A stretch of DNA of 61,708 nucleotides, counting the filler, from Chiloscyllium plagiosum (Eukaryota): NCBI RefSeq assembly GCF_004010195.1. It is 5 parts of one record of this genome, joined end to end, with 100 filler letters (N's around TTAATTAATTAA, not from the genome) between each part and the next. Parts side by side here need not be neighbours in the genome. Positions count along the whole stretch, not along the records: positions 31,090 to 45,161 come from NC_057712.1; positions 45,262 to 53,335 come from NC_057712.1; 3 more parts are not named here. One strand, written 5' to 3'. The position numbers and the translations under genes were made by a program. Positions 36,824-50,746 of this stretch are shown piece by piece. Position 1 is the first letter of the stretch, and the number at the start of each line of letters is the position of its first letter. The notes below the pieces were generated by a model, which saw nothing but the letters and a program-made list of their open reading frames with translations, had not been told where the DNA came from and searched no databases.

Positions 36824-39800
36824 AACGTGTGTCTCAGTGCTGTCAAGTCTTACGATCAAAAGTGAAAGCAGAATATGAATGACTTAGACCCATGACACGC
36901 TGGAATTTACTTCATAAGCCTCAGTAACACCATATCTATATCATGTGAATGAACACAGCTTTTAGTTATTTTAAGATTTTTGTAAGACGTTTGAGAATGT
37001 TACATCACTACCATAAGAAGTTGGTCATAGATGAAAGAAGACTATTATGAAAATTGTAGATCCATTACTATAGATTTTGTGTTAGGCTCTGCTGCTATAA
37101 GTGCAGAATCTTTATAATTCTGCTACAATAAATTGTACACAAGTGAGTGAAATGTATTGTAGTCTGTGCATGATGCAATCTGACTTCATACACCCTAAAA
37201 ATAAGAAACTCAGCATTTAAAACTAACAATAACTGGTGTATTCTATTACTTTTACTTTGTGATGATTTTGGGAATTTTCACTGTGTAGAATCTTGAAAAC
37301 AGCCTAGGAAAAGTTTGAAAAATTGGAGCAAATCCAACTAAATTAGTACAAGTTGCAAATTGTTTACCACATAAGTACATGTCACCAATGAGCTGTGGAT
37401 TATCACCACTTAGTTTATTTAGGATAAATTACCATCCTTGGTGTGAAGACTTGCTGAAATACATTGTCTATGGTCTTTTGAGGAATTTAGAATGTGATCA
37501 TATCAGAGTTTTCTTCTTTCCATTACTGGTCTTTTGAAGAATTTTCCATTTTTCTGTGTAAAATCAAAGGAACAATTTTTTTCCTGTTCTTTGGAGGACT
37601 GTTGTACATCAGCCAAACAGTCCTCCCAGTCCAATTTATATGTCACTAATAAATCTAATCAGGAAAACTATCTTTACTTTGAGCGATGAGAAAATGGAAT
37701 TTGTTACCACATGGAATGTTTGACATGAATAGCATGTGCTTGAATGTGAAAGTAATGGAAGAATCTGTTCAGTTTGACATGAAGTAGACTAGAAGGAGTC
37801 TCACATAGAGCGCAACTGCTCGTGTGGATCTAGCTACCGGGCTTACTAACTAGTCATTTGCTGTAAAATGTCTGTAACCAAAGTCCCTAAATACATCAGT
37901 GTGGCTTCCATGTCTGTTGTGATGTTTTGTATAGCATACAAGTTCCTCAGAAGTATTTGCACTGAGAATTAGTCTTTGATCTTCATAAGATGTAGTTAGT
38001 GTGCTTGTGCTAATGTGTTAGGAAATATTGGGTCCTATGTGTTAGTGTTACTAATTCAAAAGTTCTGCAAAATACAAAATTATTTAAGTCCTTTAATATG
38101 TATGTATGCCTTTTTAGAAATGATGTTTCACTGGCTAAAGTTTTTTTTAATTTGACAATTGGAAGTTTCAAGCAATGTGAATTATTTTCACCCAAAATTT
38201 CAATTTCTAAATAAATTGGTGTCCCATCTTGTAACTATACAAACCCAAAGATAGTTGTAAACAAGTATGATATTATGAACAAAGAGGATAGATAAATTTA
38301 TCATATTTGTGAATAAAGTTGATGCAACTCTTAAGGGTGAGATTTTCTGAAGTGCACAGATTAATGAGTCGAATGAACCAACTGGAAGTACTTCAATTAA
38401 AACACCCATAATTATACAAAACTTGGCAATTACTAAGCATTTATGGCATTAAAAATGTTGCTTATATCTTGCTATTTTTGGCTCTTCCAGACCCATCTCC
38501 CCCAATTACTATTTTCAGGATGTGTGCAGCTGATTCTTAATTTAATGCAGTAAAAGGATATATACAACAGCTAGTTATTTTAAACAGTACTCTAAGTTTG
38601 AATTCACCTCAAGTATAAGTATTTGAAAAACTGACACAAATATTGCAAAATTTCAGACATTCTTTGCATATAGTCTTGATAAAGTAATGCACAGATTTTC
38701 TTTGATATTTACTTCTAAAATTAATTTCCAGTCTCACCCGATATTTACTTGACTATTCAGATCGATATTTCAGTTTACAGTTGACTGGATAGTGACTAGA
38801 GATGGCATAAGGATCAATATTCTAGTTTTCAGCTTCTCTAATAGCTGGCTGTGACTATTATGAAGGAATTTTATAGCTTTACAAGAATCTATGCTTTTGG
38901 CACCCAGCATTCCTAAAGCATGCAATGCTTTGAAAGCAAGATTGTTAAGTTCTATTTCTGTTAAAAGTAAAAGATTTTTTGTTAATAGCCAATCAGAGAT
39001 CAATTCTATCAACCTTTCCCTAGTGTCTTAAAGATACTGTATTAGAATATTTTATTCTCTATAGGATGCAGTGTAACCAGATCTCTGAAGAAATTTCAAT
39101 TATAATATCTTGTATTTAAATAAAAAAATCAAACCATAACTTTCAAAAGTAAAACTAATTTCTCGATTATGTAGAAAACCCTGTTTTGAAATCCTGGAAA
39201 CACAGGAAGACCTTTCAAAATTCATGTTTTTTTTTAAAATGCATCCCATGTGATGATGTTTTCCTACGGGCTTTGCCAAAGTAAGGATTGTGACAAATGG
39301 ATGTTCAAAATATTTCTAATAACTAATACTTTAGGGACTTTGGTTGGTAAGTTGATCTCAAATTTTGTTAACATTTAGGATAATTGTACCCACAAATACA
39401 CAATTATAACTTAATCAAGACATGAAGCTTTGACTTAAGCTTTATTTAATCTTTGAGGGGCTTTTGTTTTTCCTGAAATTTTGTTACTTTTTTTCCAAAA
39501 TGATATATTTTTTCCAAGTCAATGAAGGACCCTATAAAGCTTCTGATCTGTTCCTTACTCTAGCTACTCAAACATAACAGATTGTGAACAAAGTTCTTGT
39601 GTAATTTATTAATGCATTAGATTGAATGTCTAAGATAAAGTTTGGTAGCTAATATTGACTAAGTCCATTGTGACACTGTGTTTTATTGGCACTTGTAGTG
39701 TGTCCTGTGATTGTATGTGCGTTGTCTGTAATGGGCAACTGTAAATATCATAACATAATGACAAATTTCAATGTTGGCGAGATGTTATTGGACATTTGCA

Positions 39801-40865
39801 AATCATAATTGGATCTTAAAGTGAGGCTGCATAAGCATTGAAATATTTTAATTGTGGCATTGAAATGCATTAGTCATTGTGTTGATGGTCATAGTTTTAG
39901 TGCATTGCTGGTCTCTGTGTTCAAAAAAAAGCCTGCAAGTCTATGACGTGCCCACTTGATGGAAGGGAATGTATTTTTATACAGGCCTCACTTTTGTTTG
40001 CTACTGACTAGCAATTGATTTATATAATGGGGGAGGAAGGACAGAGAAACAGTCATTGTTTGCTTTAATTCAAATTTAAATTAGGCCAGTGGTACTTTTG
40101 AGTGCGCAGATGAAACAATTACAAACACTAAAAGTGCACAATTTTATTTTAACCTTAATAATACTGTGAATTGTTCTTAGAAATATACTGGATCAGAAAA
40201 GATTGTTAAGTCCACTTATTCAGTTTCAGTGTTCTGAAATTATTATTTTTCACAATGTTCATTATATCCCAATAATACATATTTATGCAGTATTATCCAA
40301 TTGAAGAATTTCTCAAACTTTACTTCCATATTTAACATTAGAAATTTTGAGCATGTGATTCATTGACTGAATCTAGTGACAAACTTTAGACTTTTTTTAA
40401 TATGAAACAAAAATATGTTTCCATATTTGATTTATTTGGTATGTATTTAATTTATGCATTTTGTTAGATAACCATATCTGCTATGCATCTCTTTAACAAT
40501 GTCAAACACCGGAAGTGTTTGCATTTATCTGGCTTGAACCGGTTTAATTTTTCTGAAACTCCTCAGAATTGGTGCTAACATTGAACAAGGTATAAAATGA
40601 CTTTTCTCCATATGTTAACCCTTACTACACACTGGAGAACATTAGAATGTAGATAAAATCTGCAGATGTATTTGTGAATTCTAAATAAGCAGTAACATGA
40701 TAGAAGAATGGAATTTTGTTTTTGTACATAGGCATATTTTTATTCTGAATGAATAGGTGCCTAATTCAATACCAAGATCTGTGTCCAAATAAAGAGCCAC
40801 CTGCGAAAGTAGATGTTAATTTTTTTTTAATGCAAAAAGCAATAAAATTTAATGGAGCCTTCTTG
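36824..40865 (+). other. DPYSL5: Putative long DPYSL5 3' UTR
   Basis: AT-rich, no recognisable repeats; AATAAA at 37127, 37648, 38210, 38312, 39119, 40788 and 40841, the last followed by GT-rich TCTTGTGGTTT; 3' end uncertain. Confidence 0.5.
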
Positions 40866-42119
40866 TGGTTTCAGTAAGCCTTAAAATTATCAGGGTCACT
40901 CCTTCACTTTAATACTGGCTGTTTTGACTGACACATCAAGATCTGGTACTAATCATCTAAATTAAAATAGCAGCCATAAGATTTGGTACAAATGGACATT
41001 AAATTTACACTACACTTTAATGTCAGTTTGAAGAGGGTTTCCTGATGCTGAATTTGTAATGTAGATCTAATTGGAGCGTACTCTGATTCCAGGGAAAAAT
41101 GGCAGGAGATTCCCTGCAAGCTTACATGTGTGACCAACATGGTGTTAAAAGGGTTTTGGAAGAGTGCCCATGCGATCTGTTAGGCATCCTGAACATTTTT
41201 AAGCCTATTTTAAAATAATTTGAATGTTTAGAGAACATGGAAACTGTTACAGCTCTCTATCTAAATATTTAAAATGCAAGTTCCAGTTAAAAGCATCTCT
41301 GCACATATTTCAAAGTGCAGAACCAGAATGTTTTCTAGTGCAGAAGAATCGAAGTTTCAGTGTTTTCTGGCTGGAACCCAGAATTGCAATTTTTGGCATG
41401 AGACCGATTATTATTGTAGATGTATCGTTCATGTAATGTAATTAAAAATCTCACTTCTAGTACCCAATCTTTAAAATTAACCTTAGCAAGAGGTATTGTT
41501 TACCTTTTGGTTTTCTGTTGAAGGGAGAAAGATGTTCTAACTGCATTATAGTCACAGTAGAAAGGGGATTTGTATCTTTGTATAAGATGTGTGAAAAATT
41601 GGATACAACACTTGAAAGCATTTTAAAATGCTCTTGAAATGTTGATTATTTTGAAGATACTTATTCCACATTTAATACTTAAGGGCTATTTATATGGTAT
41701 TGATGTACTGACAAATTGAGAATTAACTGCTTTTCTTCTGTTCACATTTGAAATATTATTTGTCATTGTATTGGATTTTCCACAAAATGAATTTTTAATT
41801 GTTTTTAAAACACGGTAGCAAGACTAATTTTTCTGACCTCCAGAGCTATCGTACAAGTGTTTAGGTTAATATGTGATGCTGTATTCACCCATTTCCTAAT
41901 AGCCAGATATTGATACCTGTGTGCCTTGATGATGATTTTCTGTTTTATTCATTGTTTATTCCACGTGATTCTGAGTGCGCAGGAAGAATTGTCTTAAGTA
42001 CTAAAATTGCAGTAACTCTGAAGGCTGTCTGATATGAAACTTACAATGCAGCCTAAATATTAATGTTGTTGCATTTGAGGTGGGAAATTCTTCAGTTTTG
42101 CAGCATAGCTGTTTAGAAC

Positions 42120-42580
42120 TACTATAGAATTAGGAATAGGTCATTTTGTTTTTGTAATTGTAATTCCACTGTAATTATTGAACTGTGCTCCACATCCCTT
42201 GGTACCTTGCCGAACAAAAATTGATCAGTCTTGATCTTGAAAATGTTTACAGACACAGCATTCACAGCCTTTTGCAAGAGAATATTCCAACTTCTGGTAA
42301 ACTTTATATAAAGATGCTCCATGATTTTATTATAAAATGACTTTGCTCTCATTTTAGGATTACACATGTTCCACAAATCATCCCTTTTCAGGATTGCCCA
42401 GCCAGAGGAAATAATTTCCTTGTAATTACCAGAATAAATTTGATATTTTCAAGATCCTAGTTGGATAACAGTCAACCCCCTTTACCCGAGGAATGCAAGT
42501 TTATTCACCCTCTCATCATAATTTAACTTTTTAAAACTCTGTTGTAATATTGGTAAAAAAAAATTCTATCCCATCCAAAA
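42120..42580 (-). mobile_element. Old CR1 LINE 3' fragment
   Basis: Minus strand RSWNILLQKAVNAVSVNIFKIKTDQFL resembles the CR1 ORF2 C-terminus (WNSLPQ..V.A.S...FK..ID.FL). Confidence 0.55.
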
Positions 42581-44784
42581 CCAAACTCTGGAGATGGAAA
42601 AAAGCAAGGACAGGGACATAAGAATCCTGCCATCCACATTCTAGCATTGATAAGAAGCACAGCAACAGATTTTCCTCTTGGTTGAGCATGTGCCAGGAAA
42701 AGAAAAGAAGGTAGTTGATGAAGTAATTACTTTAAAACATCTTACATGGTTAAAATTCTGATAATCATTCAGACTTAGTTATGCTTTTGCTTTAACTTTG
42801 TACAAATGACTGTATTATTGACACCATCAGTTCATTTGCAATGAGTTCAGCCTTCCAGTTTGGAAAATTATTTCATGAGCCATAAAATGTTCTGTTTGAA
42901 TGGAAATAACAAGATTTTTAGGCACCAGAATACAACTCAAAATATTTGCAAAATGCACATATTCCTTTCGTAATGTCACAGAGTGTCTTGCTATAAACCC
43001 CTCTTTTCCACAGCCCACTAGGAGAGCAGTTGTTCTGTATTTCCTTGTTCCTTTCAAATTCCTCACCAGTCTTTAAGCAGCAGTGTGAAAAATTTACGGT
43101 ATAACTTACAAGTTGTACAAAAATGTTACAGCAATGTTATTTGCAATAAATTGCAGCACTTGGCTATATAAATCTGCTGTCGATGCTGTAAGAAACACAT
43201 TGAGCCACATCTTATAGGGGCCTGAACAACACGACTGGTGTGAAATGTGACAGAATTACATAAGTAGTCGAGAGAGGCCCATCTTGACATAGTTGAAAAA
43301 TGGAGCGAGTTGCTTCCCAAGTTCTGGGTGTCAAGGCAAGATACTCACTAGGCAACAGTGAGTTGCACATTAAGGGGAGCTATTGTTTGGTCATGACCTT
43401 ATTAATAGCAGATCTCATCTCATTTCATTAATATACAGCTCCCTATCCTGCCATGCTGTGAGTAAACGAGATGCCAAGAATTTTCGTCTTGGAAGTCAGA
43501 GAAAGTTAGCAGTACTTCCATCAGGTCAAAGAAGATAGCAGGCAATTCACCACCTGTCTTGACCTATTCTACAATGAGGTGTTTTCCTCTTGGAATGAGA
43601 GAGAGAAACAGGTATTCAGACAGATGAAAATGGGTGGCATAGCTGTTAATGCTGATCAGGTGTGGTGATGTCCTGAGTGACTAAGAACCACAAGGGCATC
43701 CAGGAATAGTGCTGTCAGGTGTTCAGGTAGGTGAGAACAACTAAGGGAAGATGATGATGGCAGTAAAGTGGTAGAGTCTGAGCATTATTGGAAAGTAGGT
43801 ACAGTTAGCAGAGATTGTGAAGTATCAGAGAAGATGGTGGCACTTAAGCTGGCAGATGGAGAAGGTCATTAAACCTTATTTCTACAGTGCTGGCCATTCC
43901 TCCACAAGGCTGAGACTGCACTGATTTCGGTGGTAAGCTCTGACAAGGATGGCATGGTCTGCTGTTATGACCTTTGCTGGTCCTGGGTGAGAAGGACATC
44001 CTGAATCTGCATCATCCCATCCACTGTGACCTTCAAATCCTACCTGGAAATCAGGGTACCTATTTTCTCTTGTCTACAGTGTTGAGGGCTAATATCAGAA
44101 AATCATGCAGGGAAGCTTCAGTAAGACAGTGGCAAAAACACCCTTTTAAAGATGGCATTGGTGCCAGAGATGTCAGTCAATTCTAGGATTTCCCGATAGT
44201 GGCAAATTGTTCCAGGAATGGGAAATAGCAAAATGAGGCTAGAATTGGGAGAAAGGGGCACTTGAGGCAAATTCAGTGATATACAGCAAGAAAACACCCA
44301 CACTAAGCCTTGCAACAATAAACCCTCTGTAAAACTCAGCAAAAATGGCACTTTGCCAAAAGAAAGTAAAAAGCTCATTATCTTCTGCATAATTTCTTCA
44401 TTACTCACACCAACCGTAAGTTAAGACAGGGAAGACAATGCTGATAATAAAGAAAACACATTGTGTAAATATTATCGATATCATAGCTCTAAGGCAGCGT
44501 TGTATTTAAAATTGTTTGTAAATTCATACCTGGTACCTATTGTATCCTCATTACTGTATACTCAGTAACTTCTACTTCCCAGAATGATGCTATCATTGCT
44601 ACCTATTTTACATTGTACGGGACTCAGTTGTGCTAGTGCTTGAGTAGAAGAAATCCCTTTTAGCTTATGTTAGCTTTATGATTCACTGCAATAGCCAGCT
44701 TGGTATATTAGAAAATATATTTTGCAAGTTGTGTGCACTTTTTTAATATAGAATATCACTTCAAAAAATGTTTGAAAACTATGG

Positions 44785-45161
44785 AATCATAGAGTCAAAG
44801 AGTCATGTACAGCATGGAAACAGACCCTTTGGTCCAACCCGTCCATGCCAACCAGATATCCCAACCCAATCTAGTCCCACCTGCCAGCACCCGACCCATA
44901 TCCCTCCAAACCCTTCCTATTCATATACCCATCTAAATGTCTCTTAAATGTTGCAATTGTACCAGCCTCCGCCACTTCCTCTGGCAGCTCATTCCATACG
45001 CATGAAAAAGTTGCCTCGTAGGTCTCTTTTATATCTTTCCCCTCTTACCCTAAACCTATGCCCTCTAGTTCTGGACTCCCCAACCCCAGGGAAAAGACTT
45101 TGCCTATTTACCCTACCCATGCTCCTCATAATTTTGTAAACCTCTATAAGATCACCCCTCA
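44785..45161 (-). mobile_element. CR1/HER1 LINE 3' end
   Basis: Reverse complement of 1020-1405. Confidence 0.9.
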
Positions 45162-45261
45162 NNNNNNNNNNNNNNNNNNNNNNNNNNNNNNNNNNNNNNN
45201 NNNNNTTAATTAATTAANNNNNNNNNNNNNNNNNNNNNNNNNNNNNNNNNNNNNNNNNNNN
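45162..45261. other. Artificial contig linker
   Basis: 44 N + TTAATTAATTAA + 44 N. Confidence 0.95.
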
Positions 45262-46453
45262 GGGTTCCCATGCCCCTGCCGAGTTAGTTTAAACCCCCCC
45301 CAAGAGCACTAGCAAACCTCCCCCCAAGGATCTAGTTACATGTCAGGAATTAAACAGTTGGATAGGTGGCTGGCTGGTTTGAGCAATGCACACTGGTTTG
45401 CTGAACTCCTTCAAGTAAGATCTGAACCTACTTCTCACAGGACTACAGATTACTACCTCCAGAAGGTAGATAATTATAGTGGTCAGCACCAGGTATCGTA
45501 ATTATATGGGACAAGCTGCACTAGGGGACATTTTCTTGCCTGTCATTACTTGTTATGCAAATATGTTGGGAGTGTGCAGAGCATGTGAAAGAAGTTATAC
45601 AAATGCATCTTTTTTTTTTTAGCTGATTCTAAAGTTTGTCTTAGTCATGTTTGTGTTACAGTAAACTATTTGCTTACTTTATCTCAATGCCAAAGTTAAA
45701 CGAGTGAATAATTACAAGATTATGAGGACCAATAATTTTATTATTGCACACATTGTCACTGGAAAAGTTTCAAATGGGTTTGCTGCTTTTAGAGTTATAT
45801 AAAAGTTCTCACAAAAGTTGCCTATGATTAGTAATTTCATTTTGCCCAGAATAGTAGAGCCATTTGGGATAGCCTGTGCTTGAGGAAGAGTGACTTCGGA
45901 ATGAAGTTATGGAACAATGTCTCATGGAGGAAGTGGAATGAATCAGTATTGATTCATTCAAATTTAAGTTAGCTAGATTTTGTTCAGAAAATAGCACTCA
46001 TTATTCATTATGTGAATAACATTAGATGTAAAACATATAAAGTATGGTTAGAATGGCAGGTGACTTTGGATGTGTGGTTCCCAGAATTTTTCACCTCATT
46101 TCATATCAGTTAAAGATTAATTGATGGGGATTGCTTGCCTCAATTACTCAGCAACTTTATTTTGTTTCACATGACTATGAAACTGATAGTAGATAATATG
46201 TGGATTGTGAGACTTTTTCTCTTGCATCAATTTTGATGTTCATAACAAACTTAAGTAAATTTAGATTATTTTCACAGATATTTCTTCATATTCATTGAAA
46301 TTCATTGATTGGGACTGATGAACCCAAGGAAAGAATTGGTTCAGCATCATCAATATTTTGCTAAGAAGCTTTTTTTATTAAGTTGTATTTATGATCTGAC
46401 GTTTTGAATTCATGCAACATATTGATGATAACTTATTTTGTCTTTATCTTCAG

Positions 46454-46625
46454 GTCCTGGTTTTATTTTAGTGTGAAGGGGGGAATTCCAAGTAAAGTTA
46501 TTAAAATCAATATCATGAATATGAATAAGCAAAGCAAACTGTACTCTCAAGGAATGGCCCCATTAGTTAAGACTCTTCCTGGAAGACCACGCTGGGAGCG
46601 GGTGCGAGAAAGACCAACATATGAG
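46454..46625 (+). CDS. AGBL5: Cytosolic carboxypeptidase 5, single internal exon (172 bp)
   Basis: TCTTTATCTTCAG acceptor, GTATGG donor; (R)[57 protein letters not shown] versus recalled human [58 protein letters not shown]. Confidence 0.93.
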
Positions 46626-46749
46626 GTATGGAAATTTCGGAATTAGTGATCTTGTAGAAATGTTTATTTTTGCATCCTGTAGATTGTAGCATATAAGTTC
46701 ATCTTTGAAGCTTTGTAAAGGAGCTAGGGTGGAAGCTTTGAGCTAGAGC

Positions 46750-49348
46750 AAACAGTTATTATCTCTGGTTTGTTAACCGTGCGACATGCTACCGAGGCAA
46801 GGAATAGGGGGGGAGAGCAGTTGAACACGTGGCTGCAGGGATAATGTAGGAGGGAGGGATTCAGATACATGGATAATTGAGGCTCATTCTGGAGTAGGTG
46901 GAATCTGTATAAACGGGATGGTGTACACCTGAACCAGAGGGTACCAATATTCTGGGTGGGGGGAGGTTTGCTAATGTTCTTCCTGAGGATTTAAACTAAT
47001 TCAGCAGAGGGATGGGAAACTGAATTGTAGCTCTAGTGTACAGGAGGTTGAGAATAGTGAGGTCATGAATAAGGTTTTGAGGCCACAGGAGTGTACCGGC
47101 AGGCAGAAAGGTGGTTTGAAGTATGTCTACTTCAATGCCAGGAGTATCCAGAATAAAGTAGGTGAACTTGCAGCATGAGTTGGTACCTGGGACTTCGATG
47201 TTGTGGCCAGTTCGGAGACATGGATCGAACAGGGACAGGAATGGTTGTTGCAGGTTCCGGGGTTTAGATGTTTTAGTAAGAACAGAAAATGTGGTAAAAG
47301 AGGGGGAGGTGTGGTATTGTTAGTCAAGGACAGTATTGTGGTGGCAGAAAGGATGTTTGATGAGGACTTGTCTACTGAGGTAGTTTTAGCTGAGGTTAGA
47401 AATAGGAAAGGAGAGGTCACCCTGCTGGGAGTTTTCAGAAGGCCTCTGAAAAGTTCCAGAGATGTAAAGGAAAGAATTGAAAAGATATTCTTTAAGTTTC
47501 CTAATATTGACTGGAAACACTATAGTTCGAGTACCTTAGATGGATCGTTTTTGTCCAGTGTTCACAGGAGGGCTTCCTGATACAGTATGTAGATAGGCCA
47601 ACAAGGGGTGAGGCCACATTGGATTTGGTATGAGGTAATGAACCAGGTGGGTTTTAGATTTGGACGTAGGTGAGCACTTTGGTGATAGTGGCCACAATTT
47701 GATTAAGTTTACTTTAGCGATAGAAAGGGATAGCTATACACCACAGGGTAAGAGTTATAGTTGTGGGAAAGGCAATTATGATGCGATTAGGCAAGGTTTA
47801 GGATGCATAGGATGGGAAAGGAAATTGCAGGGGATGGGCACAATTGGAATGTGAAGCTTGTACAAGGAACAGCTTCTGTGTGTCAGGCAGGGAGGAAGTG
47901 GTCGAGTGAGGGAACTGTGGTTTACTAAAGAAGTTGAATCTCTTGTCAAGAGTAAGAAGGGCACTTATGTAAAGATGAGACATGAAGGCTCAGTTAGGGC
48001 GAATGTGTGTTACAAGTTAGAACTAACAAAGAGGATTGATGAGGGCAGAGCAGTAGATGTGATCTATATGGACTTCAGTAAGGCATTCGACAAGAACTGG
48101 CTCAAAGTTAGAAGACAGAGGTTGATGGTGGAGGGTTGTTTTTCAGATTGGAGGACTGTGACCAATGGAGTGCCACAAGGATCGGTGCTGAGTCCTCTAT
48201 TTTTTGTCATTTACATAAATGATTTGGATGCGAGCAACAGAGGTATGGTTAGTAAGTTTGCAGATAACACCAAAATTAGAGGTGCAGTGGACAGCGAAGA
48301 GGGTTACCAAGATTACAACAGGATCTGGACCAGATGGGCCAATGGGCTGAGAAGTGGCAGATGGAGTTTAATTCGGATAAATGTGAGGTGCTGCATTTTG
48401 GGAAAGCAAATCTTAGCAGGACTTATACACTTAATGGTAAGGTCCTAGGGAGTGTTGCTGAACAAAGAGACCCTGGAGTGCAGGTTCATAGCTCCTTGAA
48501 AGTGGAATCACAGGTAGATAGGATAGTGAAGAAGGCGTTTAGTATGCTTTTCTTTATTGGTCAGTATTGAGTACAGGAGTTGGGAGGTCATGTTGCAGCT
48601 GTACAGGACATTGGTTAGGCCACACTTGGAATATTGCATGCAATTCTGGTCTCCTTCATGTTGGAAACATGTTGTGCAACTTGAAAGGGTTCAGAAAAGA
48701 TTTACAAGGATGTTGCCAGGGTTGGAGGATTTGCGCTATAGGGAGAGGCTGAACAGGCTGGGGCTGTTTTCCCTGGAACATTGGAGGCTGAGGGGTGACC
48801 TTATAGAGGTTTACAAAATTATGAGGGGCATGGAGAGAGTAAATAGGCAAAGTTTTTTCCTTGGGGTCAGGGAGTCCAGAACTAGAGGGCATAGTTTTAG
48901 GGTGAGAGGGGAAAGATATAAAAGAGACCTAAGGGGCAACGTTTTCACACAGAGGGTGGTCCGTGTATGGAATGAGCTGCCAGAGGAAGTGGTGGAGGCT
49001 GGTACAATTGCAATATTTAAGAGGCATTTGGATAGATATATGAATAGGAAAGGTTTGGAGGGTTATGGGCCGAGTGCTGGCAGGTGGGACTAGATTGTTA
49101 AAAATCACACAACACCAGGTTATAGTCCAACAGGTTTCATTGGAAGCACACTAGCTTTCACACTAGCTAGTGTGCTTCCAATTAAACCTGTTGGACTATA
49201 ACCTGGTGTTGTGTGATTTTTAACTTTGTACACCCCAGTCCAACTTCGGCATCTCCGAATCGGGACCAGATTGGGTTGGGATATTTGGTTGGCATGGACG
49301 GGTTGGACCGAAGGGTCTGTTTCCATGCTGTACATTTCTATGACTATG
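46750..49348 (+). mobile_element. CR1/HER1 LINE with internal deletions (ORF1 end, endonuclease, RT, 3' tail)
   Basis: [62 protein letters not shown]...GRWD*; tail near 49345. Confidence 0.9.
49098..49261. mobile_element. Fold-back insertion of a third PLE-terminus family with TSD
   Basis: About 55-bp inverted arms (AAAATCACACAACACCAGGTTATAGTCCAACAGG / reverse complement); GAAAGCTA remnant on minus; GGGACTAGATTG (49086-49097) / GGGACCAGATTG (49262-49273). Confidence 0.7.
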
Positions 49349-50746
49349 AGAAGAGAGAGCCAAGAAGAGCCAGGAAGGGACGTGAGAAGTCTTTGGTAGG
49401 TAGGATCAAGGAAAACCCTAAAGCTTTTTACAGCTATGTCAGGAATAAAAAAAAGACTAAAGATTTGGGCCTGTCAAGGAAGTAGTGGGAAGTTTTACGT
49501 GAATTCCAAAGAGATAGGAGAGGTGCCAAATGAATACTTTTGGTCAGTATTCATACTGAAATACAGGCTATTAGACTAGACAGGGGTGAGGATCATGTGG
49601 AAATGTTAGCAATCCTGGAAAATGAAAATAAGTAAGTCCTCCTCGGTGGGATGGGATTTATCCTAGAATTCTCTGGGAAGCTCTCCTCTGGGAGGAGATT
49701 GCAGGGCTTTTGGCTTTGATCTTGATCTTTATGTCGTCATTGTCTACAGGAATAGTGCCAGAAGACTGGAGGATAGCAAGGGGGGGTAGAGACAACCCTG
49801 GTAATAATAGACCTGTGAAGTGTTGAAAAGGATTATGAGAGAGAGGATTTATTATCATCTAGAAAGGAATAATTTGATTAGAGATAGTCAACAAGGTTTT
49901 GTGAAGGATAGGCAAAAGTGAGGAATGCAGATGCTGGAAACCAGAGTTTAGATTAGAGTGCGGTGGAAAAGCACAGCAGGTCAGGCAGCATTCGAGGCGC
50001 TGCCTGACCTGCTGTGCTTTTCCAGCACCACTCTAATCTAAACTTGGAGAAGGATAGGTCATGCCTCAAACCTTATTGACTTCTTTGAGAAGGTGACCAA
50101 ACGGGTGGATGAGGGTAAAGTGGTTGATGTGGTGGAAATGGATTTCAGTAAAGCGTTTGATAAGGTTCCCCATGGTAGGCTAGTGCAGAAAATTCAGAGG
50201 CATGGGATTGAGGGTGATTTAGCGATTTGGATCAGAAATTGGCTAGCTGAAAGAAGAGAGAGGATGGTGGTTGATGGGAAATATTCATCCTGGAGTTCAC
50301 TTACTAGTGGTGTACCACAAGGGTCTATTTTGGGGCCACTGCTGTTTGTCATTATTATAAATGACCTGGATGAGGGCATAGAAGGATGGGTTAGTAAATT
50401 TGCGGACGACACAAGGTTGGTGGAGTTGTAGGTAGTGCTGAAGGATGTTGCACGTTATAGAGGGACGTAGATAAGCTGCAGAGCTGGGCTGAGAGGTGGC
50501 AAATAGAGTTTAATGTGGAAAATTGTGAGATGATTCACTTTGGAAGGAGTAACAGGAATACAGAGTACTGGACTAATGATAAGATTCTTGGTCGTGTGGA
50601 TGAGCAGAGAGATCTCTGTGTCTGTGTCCATGTGTATAGATCACTGAAAGTTGCCACCCAGGTTGATAGAGTTATTAAATAGGTGTACATTATGTTAGCT
50701 TTTATTGGTAGAGGAATTGGGTTTTGGAACCTTGAGGTTGTATTAC
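49349..50746 (+). mobile_element. CR1 LINE ORF2 fragment containing a fold-back PLE-terminus insertion (49913-50048)
   Basis: [46 protein letters not shown]; insert flanked by GAAGGATAGG at 49903-49912 and 50049-50058. Confidence 0.85.

Noticed and set aside
46404..46646. 80-aa stand-alone ORF
   Set aside because: Only 46454-46625 is exon; the flanks are intronic read-through past splice sites (same for 54146-54415)
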